From Deferribacterales bacterium (GTDB lineage: Bacteria; Chrysiogenota; Deferribacteres; Deferribacterales; Geovibrionaceae), in contig JBFWJG010000041.1 in NCBI GenBank assembly GCA_050253335.1, forward strand, positions 1 through 22,427: a DNA stretch of 22,427 nt, written 5' to 3'. Each line of letters starts with the position of its first letter. Positions within the stretch are counted from its first letter, which is position 1. Below, in pieces: positions 1 to 8,355 of this stretch. Under the pieces are notes generated by a model. That model ran no database searches and was not told the origin of the DNA. It saw nothing but the letters and a program-made list of their open reading frames with translations. The position numbers and the translations under genes are program-made.

Positions 1-44
1 CTTTAACAAAGGAGGAAAGAGGGGTATTTTTCATATCCCTCGCT

Positions 45-75
45 GAGATCCTTCACCCTTCGGGTTCAGGATGAC
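45..75. repeat. Half copy of GTCATYCTG...GAGATYCTTC...CAGRATGAC palindromic (REP-like) repeat
   Basis: gagatccttcacccttcgggttcaggatgac resembles the right half of the full element at 8172-8233 (gagattcttcgctttgctcagaatgac). Confidence 0.65.
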
Positions 76-86
76 GTCGCAACATC

Positions 87-238
87 ACAGTTCCATGGAG
101 GGAACTACGCCGTACGGAACAAAGGGCAGTACATCCATCCTAACAGTTCCACGGAGGGAACTGCGCCGTGCGGAGCGAAGGTTTGCTCTGCAAACCGCGA
201 GCGTGTATCACAAATCCCCACGGACGGGGATTTGTGAT
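87..238 (+). repeat. GGA-loop three-hairpin repeat, inverted relative to the other copies (full copy 144-238, partial copy 87-118)
   Basis: Reverse complement of 144-238 is atcacaaatcccc-gtccgt-ggggatttgtgat ACACGCTCGC ggtttgc-aga-gcaaacc TTCGCTCCGCACGGCG cagttcc-ctccgt-ggaactg, with the same linkers as the 5266, 9345 and 22284 copies. 87-118 repeats 143-174 with 3 substitutions. Confidence 0.9.
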
Positions 239-245
239 TGTCATA

Positions 246-2501
246 TCAAAACATACCGCCCATTGAGAATTCCCATCTGCCGCTTTTTTTACTGTCATCA
301 CGGTCAAGGGGAATACCGTATTCTATTCTTATCGGCCCTATGGGGCTGTACCAGCGGAAGCCGATACCGACACCCTGATAGAACTTGCCGCTGAGATAAT
401 CCTCATCCGTATCATTAACCTGCCCCGCATCGTAGAACAGGGCGCCTTTGAAGCCCTGATCGGCGGCTATAGGGAATATAAATTCAGCGTTAAAGAGAGC
501 CATCTTGTTTCCGCCGTAGTCATACCCGTCTTCATCCTTGGGAGATATGTAGCCGTACTTATAGCCCCTTACACTATAGATTCCGCCGAGCCTGAAACGT
601 TCATCAACCGGAAGAACCTCTCCGCTGGTTGAATCCAGATATCCGCCTTCAAGGTGGAGCATTCCCACAAATTTCCAGCCGAGGGGGATGAACTGAGTTG
701 TCTCCACTCCGGTTTTGTAGTAGTCATTATCTCCGCCGAGGGGGCCGCCTGCATATTTGTAGTAAACCCTTGAGATGTTTCCTTTGGTAGGATCAACCGG
801 GTGGTTCGTTGTTCTGTAGTTCAGGATGGGCGTGATGCTTACTGTTGTGAACTCGCCTTCCTGATCCCAGATGTATTTTGAAGCGTTGTCGTCAATATCG
901 GAAATCTCTTCCTGTTCGTAAGCCAGTTTGTATGTGGCGTAAAGCCTGCGTCCGATCACGGGATGCCCGAGCCTGAGAGCCACACCGTCATTGTGTTTGT
1001 CGTATTCAAGGTAGCTTCTTTTCAGCTTATAAAAATCCAGACCGAGGGTTATGGGCTTATCGAGGAACCAGGGGTCGGTGAGCGAGATTGTGTAGTCTGT
1101 CCTTTTGCTTGCGAACTCAGCCTTCAGGTCTGTTGTGTAGCCGGAGCCGAAAAGGTTCTTCTTCTGAAGACGGAGCATAAACATAAGCTCGTCCACGGAT
1201 GAATAACCCATACCCACGCTGAAAAATCCTGTTCTTTTATCCTTAACGCCAACATTGAGATCCACAGACGAGTCGTCCACACGTTTTTCATCAAGACGGA
1301 CTTCCTCAAAATAGTCGGTAAATTCTATATTCTTCTTGGAGCTTTTGATTCTGCGGCTGTCGTAGATGTCGCCTTCCGCGATATCCATCTCGCGCCTGAT
1401 GACTCTGTCCTTGGTGTCTGCGTTGCCTCTTATGTTTATACGGTTGATTTTGACAAGGACATTCTCTTCCACCCTGTACATGACAGAAACAGTTTTGTTG
1501 TCTTTGTTTTCATTGGTCAGGGGCTCCACGTTGGCAAAGGCATAGCCTATTTCAGTGAAGCGGTCTGTGAGACGCTTGATGTCGTTCTGGAATTCCTCAA
1601 CATTAAACCAGTCGCCGGGTTTAAGAACCGTAACTGATTCAAGCTCCTTATCCGTGCGGTGTTTGTTCCCCTGAAACGACACTGCCTCTATTTTGAATCT
1701 GCTGCCTTCCTCTATCCTGAAAGTCAGGGTGATTTTTTTCTTTTTATCATCATTGATCTTCACCTCAGGCTCGCCCACGCGGACCTTGATGAAGCCTTTT
1801 TTCATATATTCGCCGCGGATCTTCTCGACATCGACTTCGATAAGCTCCTGCTTGAGCTTGCCGCTTCCGGTGAGCCATGAGAAAAAGCCCTTCTCCTTAG
1901 TGGAGATCATCTTCATCAGCTCTTTACTGCTGTAAAAGCTGTTCCCTGCGAATACTATATCATATATTCTCGCCTCCGGCCCCTCCTCAATGCGGAAGAA
2001 CACGTCAACGGAGTTATCGCTTCTGTCTTCTATGTCTGCCTTAACCGCAACGGAATAGTATTTCTCGTCATGGTAAACGCTTATTATCTTGTTTATGTTC
2101 TCCTCGACCTTTGCCCTGTCGAAGATCTGCCCTTCCATGGGGATCATGTCTTCGGTTATGTATGTTTCCCTGACATTGATGTTCCCCTCAAGATAAACCT
2201 TATTCACATAAGGCTTTTCCTTAACGATATACACAAGAGTCAGCTTGTCGTCGTCCACACGCATGTCAACCTGAACATCTACCACAAGATCCGTTGAAAA
2301 GATCTCCTTGATGCTGGCGCTGACTTTGTTCATGTCGAACTCTTCGCCCGCTTTGACTGTGTATCTGAGGAAGGTTTCGGAAGGAACGCGTCTGTTTCCC
2401 TCTATTTTGATGAGGTCTATTACCGCGGCGTAGGAATTTGCCGCGAAGGTTAAAATGAGTGCACTAAAAAAAAAATTAATAAATAGCTTTTTCAAGTTCA
2501 T
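246..2501 (-). CDS. bamA: Outer membrane protein assembly factor BamA (Omp85)
   Basis: 751 aa; signal peptide, repeated POTRA-like segments (I.I.GN), VRGY motif in the barrel, GIGFRWYSPIGPIRIEYG, terminal Phe. Confidence 0.95.
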   Translation of the reverse strand: MNLKKLFINFFFSALILTFAANSYAAVIDLIKIEGNRRVPSETFLRYTVKAGEEFDMNKVSASIKEIFSTDLVVDVQVDMRVDDDKLTLVYIVKEKPYVNKVYLEGNINVRETYITEDMIPMEGQIFDRAKVEENINKIISVYHDEKYYSVAVKADIEDRSDNSVDVFFRIEEGPEARIYDIVFAGNSFYSSKELMKMISTKEKGFFSWLTGSGKLKQELIEVDVEKIRGEYMKKGFIKVRVGEPEVKINDDKKKKITLTFRIEEGSRFKIEAVSFQGNKHRTDKELESVTVLKPGDWFNVEEFQNDIKRLTDRFTEIGYAFANVEPLTNENKDNKTVSVMYRVEENVLVKINRINIRGNADTKDRVIRREMDIAEGDIYDSRRIKSSKKNIEFTDYFEEVRLDEKRVDDSSVDLNVGVKDKRTGFFSVGMGYSSVDELMFMLRLQKKNLFGSGYTTDLKAEFASKRTDYTISLTDPWFLDKPITLGLDFYKLKRSYLEYDKHNDGVALRLGHPVIGRRLYATYKLAYEQEEISDIDDNASKYIWDQEGEFTTVSITPILNYRTTNHPVDPTKGNISRVYYKYAGGPLGGDNDYYKTGVETTQFIPLGWKFVGMLHLEGGYLDSTSGEVLPVDERFRLGGIYSVRGYKYGYISPKDEDGYDYGGNKMALFNAEFIFPIAADQGFKGALFYDAGQVNDTDEDYLSGKFYQGVGIGFRWYSPIGPIRIEYGIPLDRDDSKKSGRWEFSMGGMF

Positions 2502-3127
2502 ATCCCGCCCAGCCGCTTAATTATTTCCTTAACGCGCTCGTGTTTGAGCCTTGTCATGCTCTTGTTCCCGATCAGCCTTGCCGTGGATTCAAGCATGGTC
2601 TCAATAACTTCAAGCCCGTTCTTCTTCAGTGTCTGCCCCGTGGAGACAAGGTCGACTATCATATCCGAAAGCCCGACAATGGGGGCAAGCTCGATTGAAC
2701 CGTAGAGTTTTATTGTTTCAACAAAAATGCCTTTTTTGGCAAAAAAATCTTTAGTCATTCTCGGGTACTTGGTGGCGACAACCATATCGTGTCTGTATCT
2801 GCTGTCGCTGTCTTTAATTCCGGCTACACAGAGTTTACATGCGCCGAAGCCCAGATCCATGAACTCATAAACATCGGCGGCGGTTTCCTTCACTATATCA
2901 AGACCGACAATGCCCATATCCGCCGCGCCGTGCTCGACATATGTGGGAACATCCATATTGCGCACAAGCATATATCTCATGCCGTGCTTCTCATCGAGGA
3001 AGACGAGTTTTCTGCTCTCCTCGTCCACTACCCCTTCCTGAGTGATCCCCTTTGACACAAAAAGTTCAATGGTTTCATCCGCCAGCCTGCCCTTGGGCAG
3101 GGCGACGGTTATTATATCTTCATTCAT
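2498..3127 (-). CDS. hisG: ATP phosphoribosyltransferase, short form (needs HisZ)
   Basis: ALPKGRL, VATKYP, YGSIELAP, DMIVDLVSTGQTLKKNGL; 209 aa, no C-terminal regulatory domain. Confidence 0.96.
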   Translation of the reverse strand: MNEDIITVALPKGRLADETIELFVSKGITQEGVVDEESRKLVFLDEKHGMRYMLVRNMDVPTYVEHGAADMGIVGLDIVKETAADVYEFMDLGFGACKLCVAGIKDSDSRYRHDMVVATKYPRMTKDFFAKKGIFVETIKLYGSIELAPIVGLSDMIVDLVSTGQTLKKNGLEVIETMLESTARLIGNKSMTRLKHERVKEIIKRLGGI

Positions 3128-4383
3128 TCCGCCATCCTTGTAATATCCGCGCCCAGAAGCGAAAGCTTTTCATCAAAGCGTTCGTAGCCTCTGTCCAGAT
3201 GGTAAACACGGAGGATCTCGCTTGTCCCCTCCGCCATAAGAGCCGCTATCACGAGGCTTGCGCTCGCCCTGAGGTCGGAAGCCATAACGGGAGCTCCGGT
3301 GATTTTCTCCACCCCTCTGATAACAGCGGATTTATCTTTAAGCTTTATATCCGCGCCCATGCGCTTGAGCTCGGAAACATGCATGAATCTGTTCTCGAAG
3401 ATTGTCTCCGTAATGACGGAAACACCGCCGGAGGCCGCCATCACAGACATAAATTGCGCCTGCATATCAGTGGGAAAACCGGGATAAGGCTGGGTGGATA
3501 TATCCGTGGCCTCAAGTCTGCCTGTTTTCTCCACCGTGATGGTGGAATCGTTTATAACCTTTATTCCCAGACCCGTCTGGGCGAGTTTATCTATTATAGC
3601 AGTCATGGAGGAAACAGGAGCGTTTTCCAGAGTAACTTTTCCGCCCGCGCAGGCAACCGCGCAGAGGAATGTTCCCGCCTCTATCCTGTCCGGCATTACT
3701 ATGTAGTCGTTGCTGTTGAGCTTTTCCACGCCTTTTATGCGGATAATCGTTGAGCCTTCGCCCTCTATCTTGGCTCCCATTTTCTTGAGAAAACGGGCAA
3801 GATCCACAACCTCGGGCTCCTGAGCGGCGTTATAGAGAACAGTCTCGCCTTCCGCCAGCGCCGCCGCCATCATTATATTTTCGGTTCCGGTCACAGTAAC
3901 CACGTCAAACGTGATTTCAGCGCCTTTCAGCCTTTCGCACTCCGCCTCGATATAGCCGTGTGCAACGCTGATGTCCGCCCCCATAAGCTTGAGCGCTTTT
4001 ATATGCTGATCAACCGGACGCTCACCTATGGCGCAGCCGCCGGGGAGAGAAACCTTAGCCTTTTTCTTTCTGGCGAGAAGCGGCCCGAGAGCAAGAACGC
4101 TGGCCCTCATCGTCTTCACCAGTTCATAGGGCGCTACGGCTTTTTCCATGTCATCAGAGCAATTAAGGAATATATCGCCGTCTTTTCGCTCGGCGCTGAC
4201 ACCCACCTCCCCCAGAAGGGAAAGCATTGTTCTTATATCTCTGAGATCGGGAACATTTGAAATTTTGTAGGAACCTTCCGCGAGGATTGTCGCGGCAAGA
4301 ATAGGAAGACAGGCATTTTTAGCGCCGCCTATGCGCACATTACCGTTAAGGGGCTTGCCCCCGTTTATGACCAGCTTTTCCAA
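3124..4383 (-). CDS. murA: UDP-N-acetylglucosamine 1-carboxyvinyltransferase
   Basis: GAKNA, LPGGCAIGERP (active-site Cys), PGFPTDMQAQ, DLRASASL, HLDRGYE; TTG start overlapping the prmC end. Confidence 0.97.
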   Translation of the reverse strand: MEKLVINGGKPLNGNVRIGGAKNACLPILAATILAEGSYKISNVPDLRDIRTMLSLLGEVGVSAERKDGDIFLNCSDDMEKAVAPYELVKTMRASVLALGPLLARKKKAKVSLPGGCAIGERPVDQHIKALKLMGADISVAHGYIEAECERLKGAEITFDVVTVTGTENIMMAAALAEGETVLYNAAQEPEVVDLARFLKKMGAKIEGEGSTIIRIKGVEKLNSNDYIVMPDRIEAGTFLCAVACAGGKVTLENAPVSSMTAIIDKLAQTGLGIKVINDSTITVEKTGRLEATDISTQPYPGFPTDMQAQFMSVMAASGGVSVITETIFENRFMHVSELKRMGADIKLKDKSAVIRGVEKITGAPVMASDLRASASLVIAALMAEGTSEILRVYHLDRGYERFDEKLSLLGADITRMAE

Positions 4384-5234
4384 AAAAGCACCCTTTTTAT
4401 CCCGCTCAGATCGCAGTAAAAGCGGTGTTGAAAACCACCGTTCCGTTTAGGCGGCTCCCCTTCAGAACCTGATGAAAAACCGCTGTAAATCCCGCTTAGA
4501 GCTTCGAATTGACCCGCGCCTATTTCAGCGAGAGCCACCCAGTTTTTATTGCATAAATCAGGCACTATGTCTATCAGTTTTTTATAGAACAAGAGCCCCT
4601 CATCCTCAGCAACCAGAGCCTGAACAGGTTCATACATAACGCTTTTTTCAAGCGTTTTATACTCCTGTTCCGTCACGTACGGGGGGTTGCAGAGCACCAT
4701 GTCAAACCCGCCCCGAATATTCAGGCTCCCGAGTACATCCCCCTGAACAAACTCCGCCCTGTCTGCCAGACCGAGCCTTCTGCTGTTTTCTTTCGCCACA
4801 TCAAGCGCACCCTGGCTGATGTCAACGCCCACGCCGGACGCACCGCTTATTTCCGCTAGAACGGAAAGGAGAATACAGCCTGAGCCGGTGCACAAATCAA
4901 GAATCCGTGGATTTTCGCAAGGGGCAAGTTCAACGGCTTTTTCCACGAGAATTTCAGTTTCGTGTCTCGGAATCAGCACATTTTCATTCACATAAAACTC
5001 ACGGCCGAAAAAGTGCCTGCGGTTCGTTATGTATGCGGGTGGGCAGCCTTCTCTGAGCCTGCCGAGAATATTTGTCACTTTTTCATCATGAGCCACATTT
5101 TCTGACATAAGAAAGGGTAGCCTTTCGTACTCGGCTCCCATTATGAACGCAAGAATATCAAGCGCGTCCGAACGGACGGGTATGATTGTCTGAATCTCTT
5201 TCAGAAGGGCGGCGGCAGTTATACATCCGTTTAT
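4365..5234 (-). CDS. prmC: Release factor glutamine N5-methyltransferase PrmC/HemK (start codon uncertain)
   Basis: VLIPRHETE, LDLCTGSGCI, NPPY motifs; downstream of prfA. The ORF-track start (5354) lies inside a repeat; PrmC-like sequence begins near 5234-5222. Confidence 0.9.
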   Translation of the reverse strand: MNGCITAAALLKEIQTIIPVRSDALDILAFIMGAEYERLPFLMSENVAHDEKVTNILGRLREGCPPAYITNRRHFFGREFYVNENVLIPRHETEILVEKAVELAPCENPRILDLCTGSGCILLSVLAEISGASGVGVDISQGALDVAKENSRRLGLADRAEFVQGDVLGSLNIRGGFDMVLCNPPYVTEQEYKTLEKSVMYEPVQALVAEDEGLLFYKKLIDIVPDLCNKNWVALAEIGAGQFEALSGIYSGFSSGSEGEPPKRNGGFQHRFYCDLSGIKRVLFWKSWS

Positions 5235-5265
5235 AAGCCTACCTCTTTCAATTTTTCTGTTTGAT

Positions 5266-5675
5266 AACCAAAATCTGCACGTCCTGTCAGATTTTGGTAC
5301 ACGCTCGCGCCTCGCAAAGCAAGGCTTCGCTGCGCACGGCGCAGTTCCATCCATGGAACTGTTATAAACCCGCCTCTTTTAGCCTTTCAGCCTGAGCTGA
5401 CTCACAACCAAAATCTGTACGTCCTGTCAGATTTTGGTACACGCTCGCGCCTTGCAAAGCAAGGCTTCGCTGCGCACGGCGCAGTTCCATCCATGGAACT
5501 GTTATAAACCCGCCTCTTTCAGCCTTTCAGCCTGAGCTGACTCACAACCAAAATCTGTACGTCCTGTCAGATTTTGGTACACGCTCGCGCCTTGCAAAGC
5601 AAGGCTTCGCTGCGCACGGCGCAGTTCCATCCATGGAACTGTTATAAACCCGCCTCTTTCAGCCTTTCAGCCTGA
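5266..5675 (-). repeat. Tandem array, three units of 140 bp period: GGA-loop element plus the last 34 nt of prfA
   Basis: Units start at 5266, 5406 and 5546 (aaccaaaatctg...). Each is followed by ttataaacccgcctctttYagcctttcagcctga; the third such segment is the true prfA end. Confidence 0.97.
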
Positions 5676-6712
5676 TCATATGAGAACAGAGCATCGAGGA
5701 TGTCGTCCATTTCGCCTTCCATGAAGCGGTCAAGGCTGTATGAGGTTACGTTGATGCGGTGGTCTGTCACCCTGTTCTGGGGGTAGTTGTATGTTCTGAT
5801 CCTTTCGCTTCTGTCGCCGGAGCCGACCTGAAGCTTTCTGCTTTCGGCGCGCTCGTCAGCCTGCTTGCGGATCTCAATCTCAAGTATTTTTGATTTCAGG
5901 TGTTTGAGAGCCTTCTCACGGTTTTTTATCTGGCTTCTCTCATCCTGACAGGTAACCACAATCCCCGTGGGAACGTGGGTCATGCGCACGGCCGAGTCAG
6001 TGGTGTTTACGTGCTGACCGCCTGCGCCGCTGGCACGGTATACATCCACCTTGATATCTGCCGGATTCACATCGATCTCCACATCCTCCGCCTCGGGCAG
6101 AACCGCCACAGTGCATGCTGATGTGTGTATGCGCCCGCCGGACTCGGTTTCGGGAATACGCTGAACCCTGTGACCGCCGGATTCATACTTCAGGCGGCTG
6201 TAAGCGCCCTTACCCTTAACCATGAAGACGATCTCTTTGTAACCGCCCACGCCTGTTTCGTTGAAATCGATTATTTCGGTCTTCCAGCGCTGGTTCTCCG
6301 CATAGCGGGTGTACATCCTGTAAAGCGCGGCAGAGAAAAGCGAAGCCTCATCCCCGCCCGTTCCGGCACGGACTTCAACGTATATATTCTTGTCGTCATA
6401 AGGATCTTTCTTAACAAGCAGAAGCTTGAGCTCCTCACCCAAGGTTTCAAGTTTTTCCCTGCCCTCTTCAATCTCCATCTCCGCAAGTTCACGCAGATCA
6501 GAATCATTTGAGGTTTCAAGAATGCTCTTAGCCTCAGCTATAGAAGTTTTAACATCCTTGTACTCTTCATACTTTTCCACTACTCCGCGAAGTTCGGAAT
6601 GCTCCTTGGCAAGCTTCTGAAACGCTTTGGGATCCTTCGCCGCAGAAGGATCATTCACCTTGCGAGTAAGGTCTTCATACCTGATGACTACTTCTTCCAG
6701 TTTGTCGAACAT
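5642..6712 (-). CDS. prfA: Peptide chain release factor 1
   Basis: GAGGQHVN (GGQ), RF1 PxT motif (RIPETE), RTYNYPQNRVTDHR. Confidence 0.98.
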   Translation of the reverse strand: MFDKLEEVVIRYEDLTRKVNDPSAAKDPKAFQKLAKEHSELRGVVEKYEEYKDVKTSIAEAKSILETSNDSDLRELAEMEIEEGREKLETLGEELKLLLVKKDPYDDKNIYVEVRAGTGGDEASLFSAALYRMYTRYAENQRWKTEIIDFNETGVGGYKEIVFMVKGKGAYSRLKYESGGHRVQRIPETESGGRIHTSACTVAVLPEAEDVEIDVNPADIKVDVYRASGAGGQHVNTTDSAVRMTHVPTGIVVTCQDERSQIKNREKALKHLKSKILEIEIRKQADERAESRKLQVGSGDRSERIRTYNYPQNRVTDHRINVTSYSLDRFMEGEMDDILDALFSYDQAERLKEAGL

Positions 6713-6745
6713 TGTTTATTCCTATTATTTAATAATCAGTTGTAT

Positions 6746-6867
6746 CCGAGGGAACTTTTAAGGGAAAAAACGTTCTATCGGACTATCTTCAAAAATTGAA
6801 TTCCCTGCGGAGCAATCACGCTTTTTTAAGGGGTAAGGGGAAGCTTTTCCCGGAAAAAGTTTCCCCT
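6746..6867. repeat. Inverted pair of GGGGAAACTTTT...AAAAGTTTCCCC-type palindromic repeats
   Basis: 6822-6867 ttttttaaggggtaaggggaagcttttcccggaaaaagtttcccct matches the reverse complement of 15419-15463; 6746-6797 is a degenerate copy in the opposite orientation ending tcttcaaaaatt. Confidence 0.7.
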
Positions 6868-6888
6868 ATAAATTATTTAAAAAAATTT

Positions 6889-7785
6889 TTATACTACCTC
6901 GATCCCTTCCGGAAGCTCCTGATCCAAGGCTGCTTTCAGGGAGATGATGGCTATTTCGAGCTGTTTGTCGTCGGGTTCTCTGGTGGTTATTTTCTGCACC
7001 CAGAGGCCGGGTGTGATGAATATTTTAAGCAGGGGGTTTCCGCAGTGGCGGCCGCTGAATTTCAGTATTTCGTAAGATATGCCTGCAATAAGCGGGATAA
7101 ACACAACCCTTGCGCCGAGTTTTATTAAAAAGTGCGAATCGTTCGGTATGAGCGAGAACGAGAGTATGCACACCGCCATGACTATTATTATGAAGCTTGT
7201 TCCGCATCTGGGGTGGAGTCTGCCCATTTTACGCGCATTTTCCACCGTAAGTTCCTGTCCGGCCTCGAAGGTATAGATAACCTTATGCTCGGCTCCGTGG
7301 TACTGGAAGACACGCTGAATATCCTTGAAAAAGGATATTATCCACACATACAGCACGAAAAATATCACCCTGATAACCCCGTCTATAGCGTTGTAAAGCA
7401 GGGCTGAAGTCTCAACAGCGGGCAATACGTGTTTTGAAAGATCCGTAAGCAGGAGAGGCAGATACACAAACAACAGCAGACCGAGCCCAAGCCCGCCCGC
7501 CATGCTGAAAAACATGCCGACTTTGCTTACCTGCTCCTCGCCTTCGCCTGTGGAGTGGTATGCGCTGAAATTAAGCGCCTTTATGCCGAGAACAAGTGCG
7601 TCATAGAGTGCGATAAGTCCTCTGAGTACAGGCTTTTTCAGCCATTTATTCCTGTCCAGACTCACGTCCTGTTTTTTGATTATTATATTATCGTCCGGTT
7701 TTCTCACTGCGATTACGAATCTGCTGGGTGCGCGCATCATTACACCCTCAATAACCGCCTGTCCGCCTACGTCAAATTTTGCCAT
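6889..7785 (-). CDS. DUF1385 (YqhQ-like) membrane protein, putative metal-dependent enzyme
   Basis: GGQAVIEGVMMR, YHGAEHK, HPRCGTSF, TTREPDD motifs; hydrophobic segments; typical position between rpmE and prfA. Confidence 0.9.
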   Translation of the reverse strand: MAKFDVGGQAVIEGVMMRAPSRFVIAVRKPDDNIIIKKQDVSLDRNKWLKKPVLRGLIALYDALVLGIKALNFSAYHSTGEGEEQVSKVGMFFSMAGGLGLGLLLFVYLPLLLTDLSKHVLPAVETSALLYNAIDGVIRVIFFVLYVWIISFFKDIQRVFQYHGAEHKVIYTFEAGQELTVENARKMGRLHPRCGTSFIIIVMAVCILSFSLIPNDSHFLIKLGARVVFIPLIAGISYEILKFSGRHCGNPLLKIFITPGLWVQKITTREPDDKQLEIAIISLKAALDQELPEGIEVV

Positions 7786-8146
7786 TAAACATTCCTTGAT
7801 ATTATGTTATTTATATAGTTCAGAAAACTTACGTCCTGTAGTTTTTCTTCACTCGCAGCCTGCGGAGCAAAGCTCCTTGCTGCTCTGGCTGCGCTATGCG
7901 TTCCTCGCATCCGCTGCGGTACGCGCTCCGCGGGCACATCTGTTTTTATATAGTTCAGAAAAACTTACATCCTGTAGTTTTTCTTCACTCGCAGCCTGTG
8001 GAGCAAAGCTCCTTGCTGCTCTGGCTGCGCTATGCGTTCCTCGCATCCGCTGCGGTACGCGCTCCGCGGGCACATCCATGTGCCTAAGCACCCTCAATAA
8101 CCGCCTGTCCGCCTACGTCAAATTTTGCCATTAAACATTCCTTGAT
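7743..8146 (-). repeat. 58-bp perfect direct repeat (7743-7800 and 8089-8146) enclosing two tandem ~131-bp GGA-loop elements (7810-7940, 7945-8084)
   Basis: caccctcaataa...aaacattccttgat occurs twice identically. Internal units have a 135-136 bp period and differ by 2 substitutions and 1 indel. Confidence 0.97.
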
Positions 8147-8171
8147 TTAATATATCCAACTGCCTTTTCTT

Positions 8172-8233
8172 GTCATTCTGAACGGAGTGAAGAATCCATT
8201 CCGATTGAGATTCTTCGCTTTGCTCAGAATGAC
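8172..8233. repeat. Palindromic REP-like element GTCATTCTGA...GAAGAATC...GATTCTTC...TCAGAATGAC
   Basis: Terminal inverted repeat gtcattctga/tcagaatgac and inner gaagaatc/gattcttc. Confidence 0.85.
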
Positions 8234-8355
8234 GCATACAAGAGTAAAACTCTTTCTGTCTCAGACACGCTGACGTCTCCGGAAAACAAACCAAATATTA
8301 TCGTTTGATAAATATATACACTTTTCATAATACATAAAGATAAAACTAAGATAAG

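Noticed and set aside
1..30. Fragment ctttaacaaaggaggaaagaggggtattt, possibly another palindromic repeat family
   Set aside because: Cut by the window edge and no second copy here, so it cannot be supported.
71..394. 107-aa + strand ORF
   Set aside because: Made of repeat sequence plus the antisense of the bamA end; no recognisable protein features.
5266..5675. CRISPR array
   Set aside because: Units are 140-bp near-identical tandem copies with no unique spacers; no cas genes in the window.
7676..8134. ORFs 7676-8134 (+), 7894-8097 (-) and 7896-8087 (+)
   Set aside because: Translations of the GC-rich tandem repeat; the internal peptide repeats simply mirror the DNA repeat.
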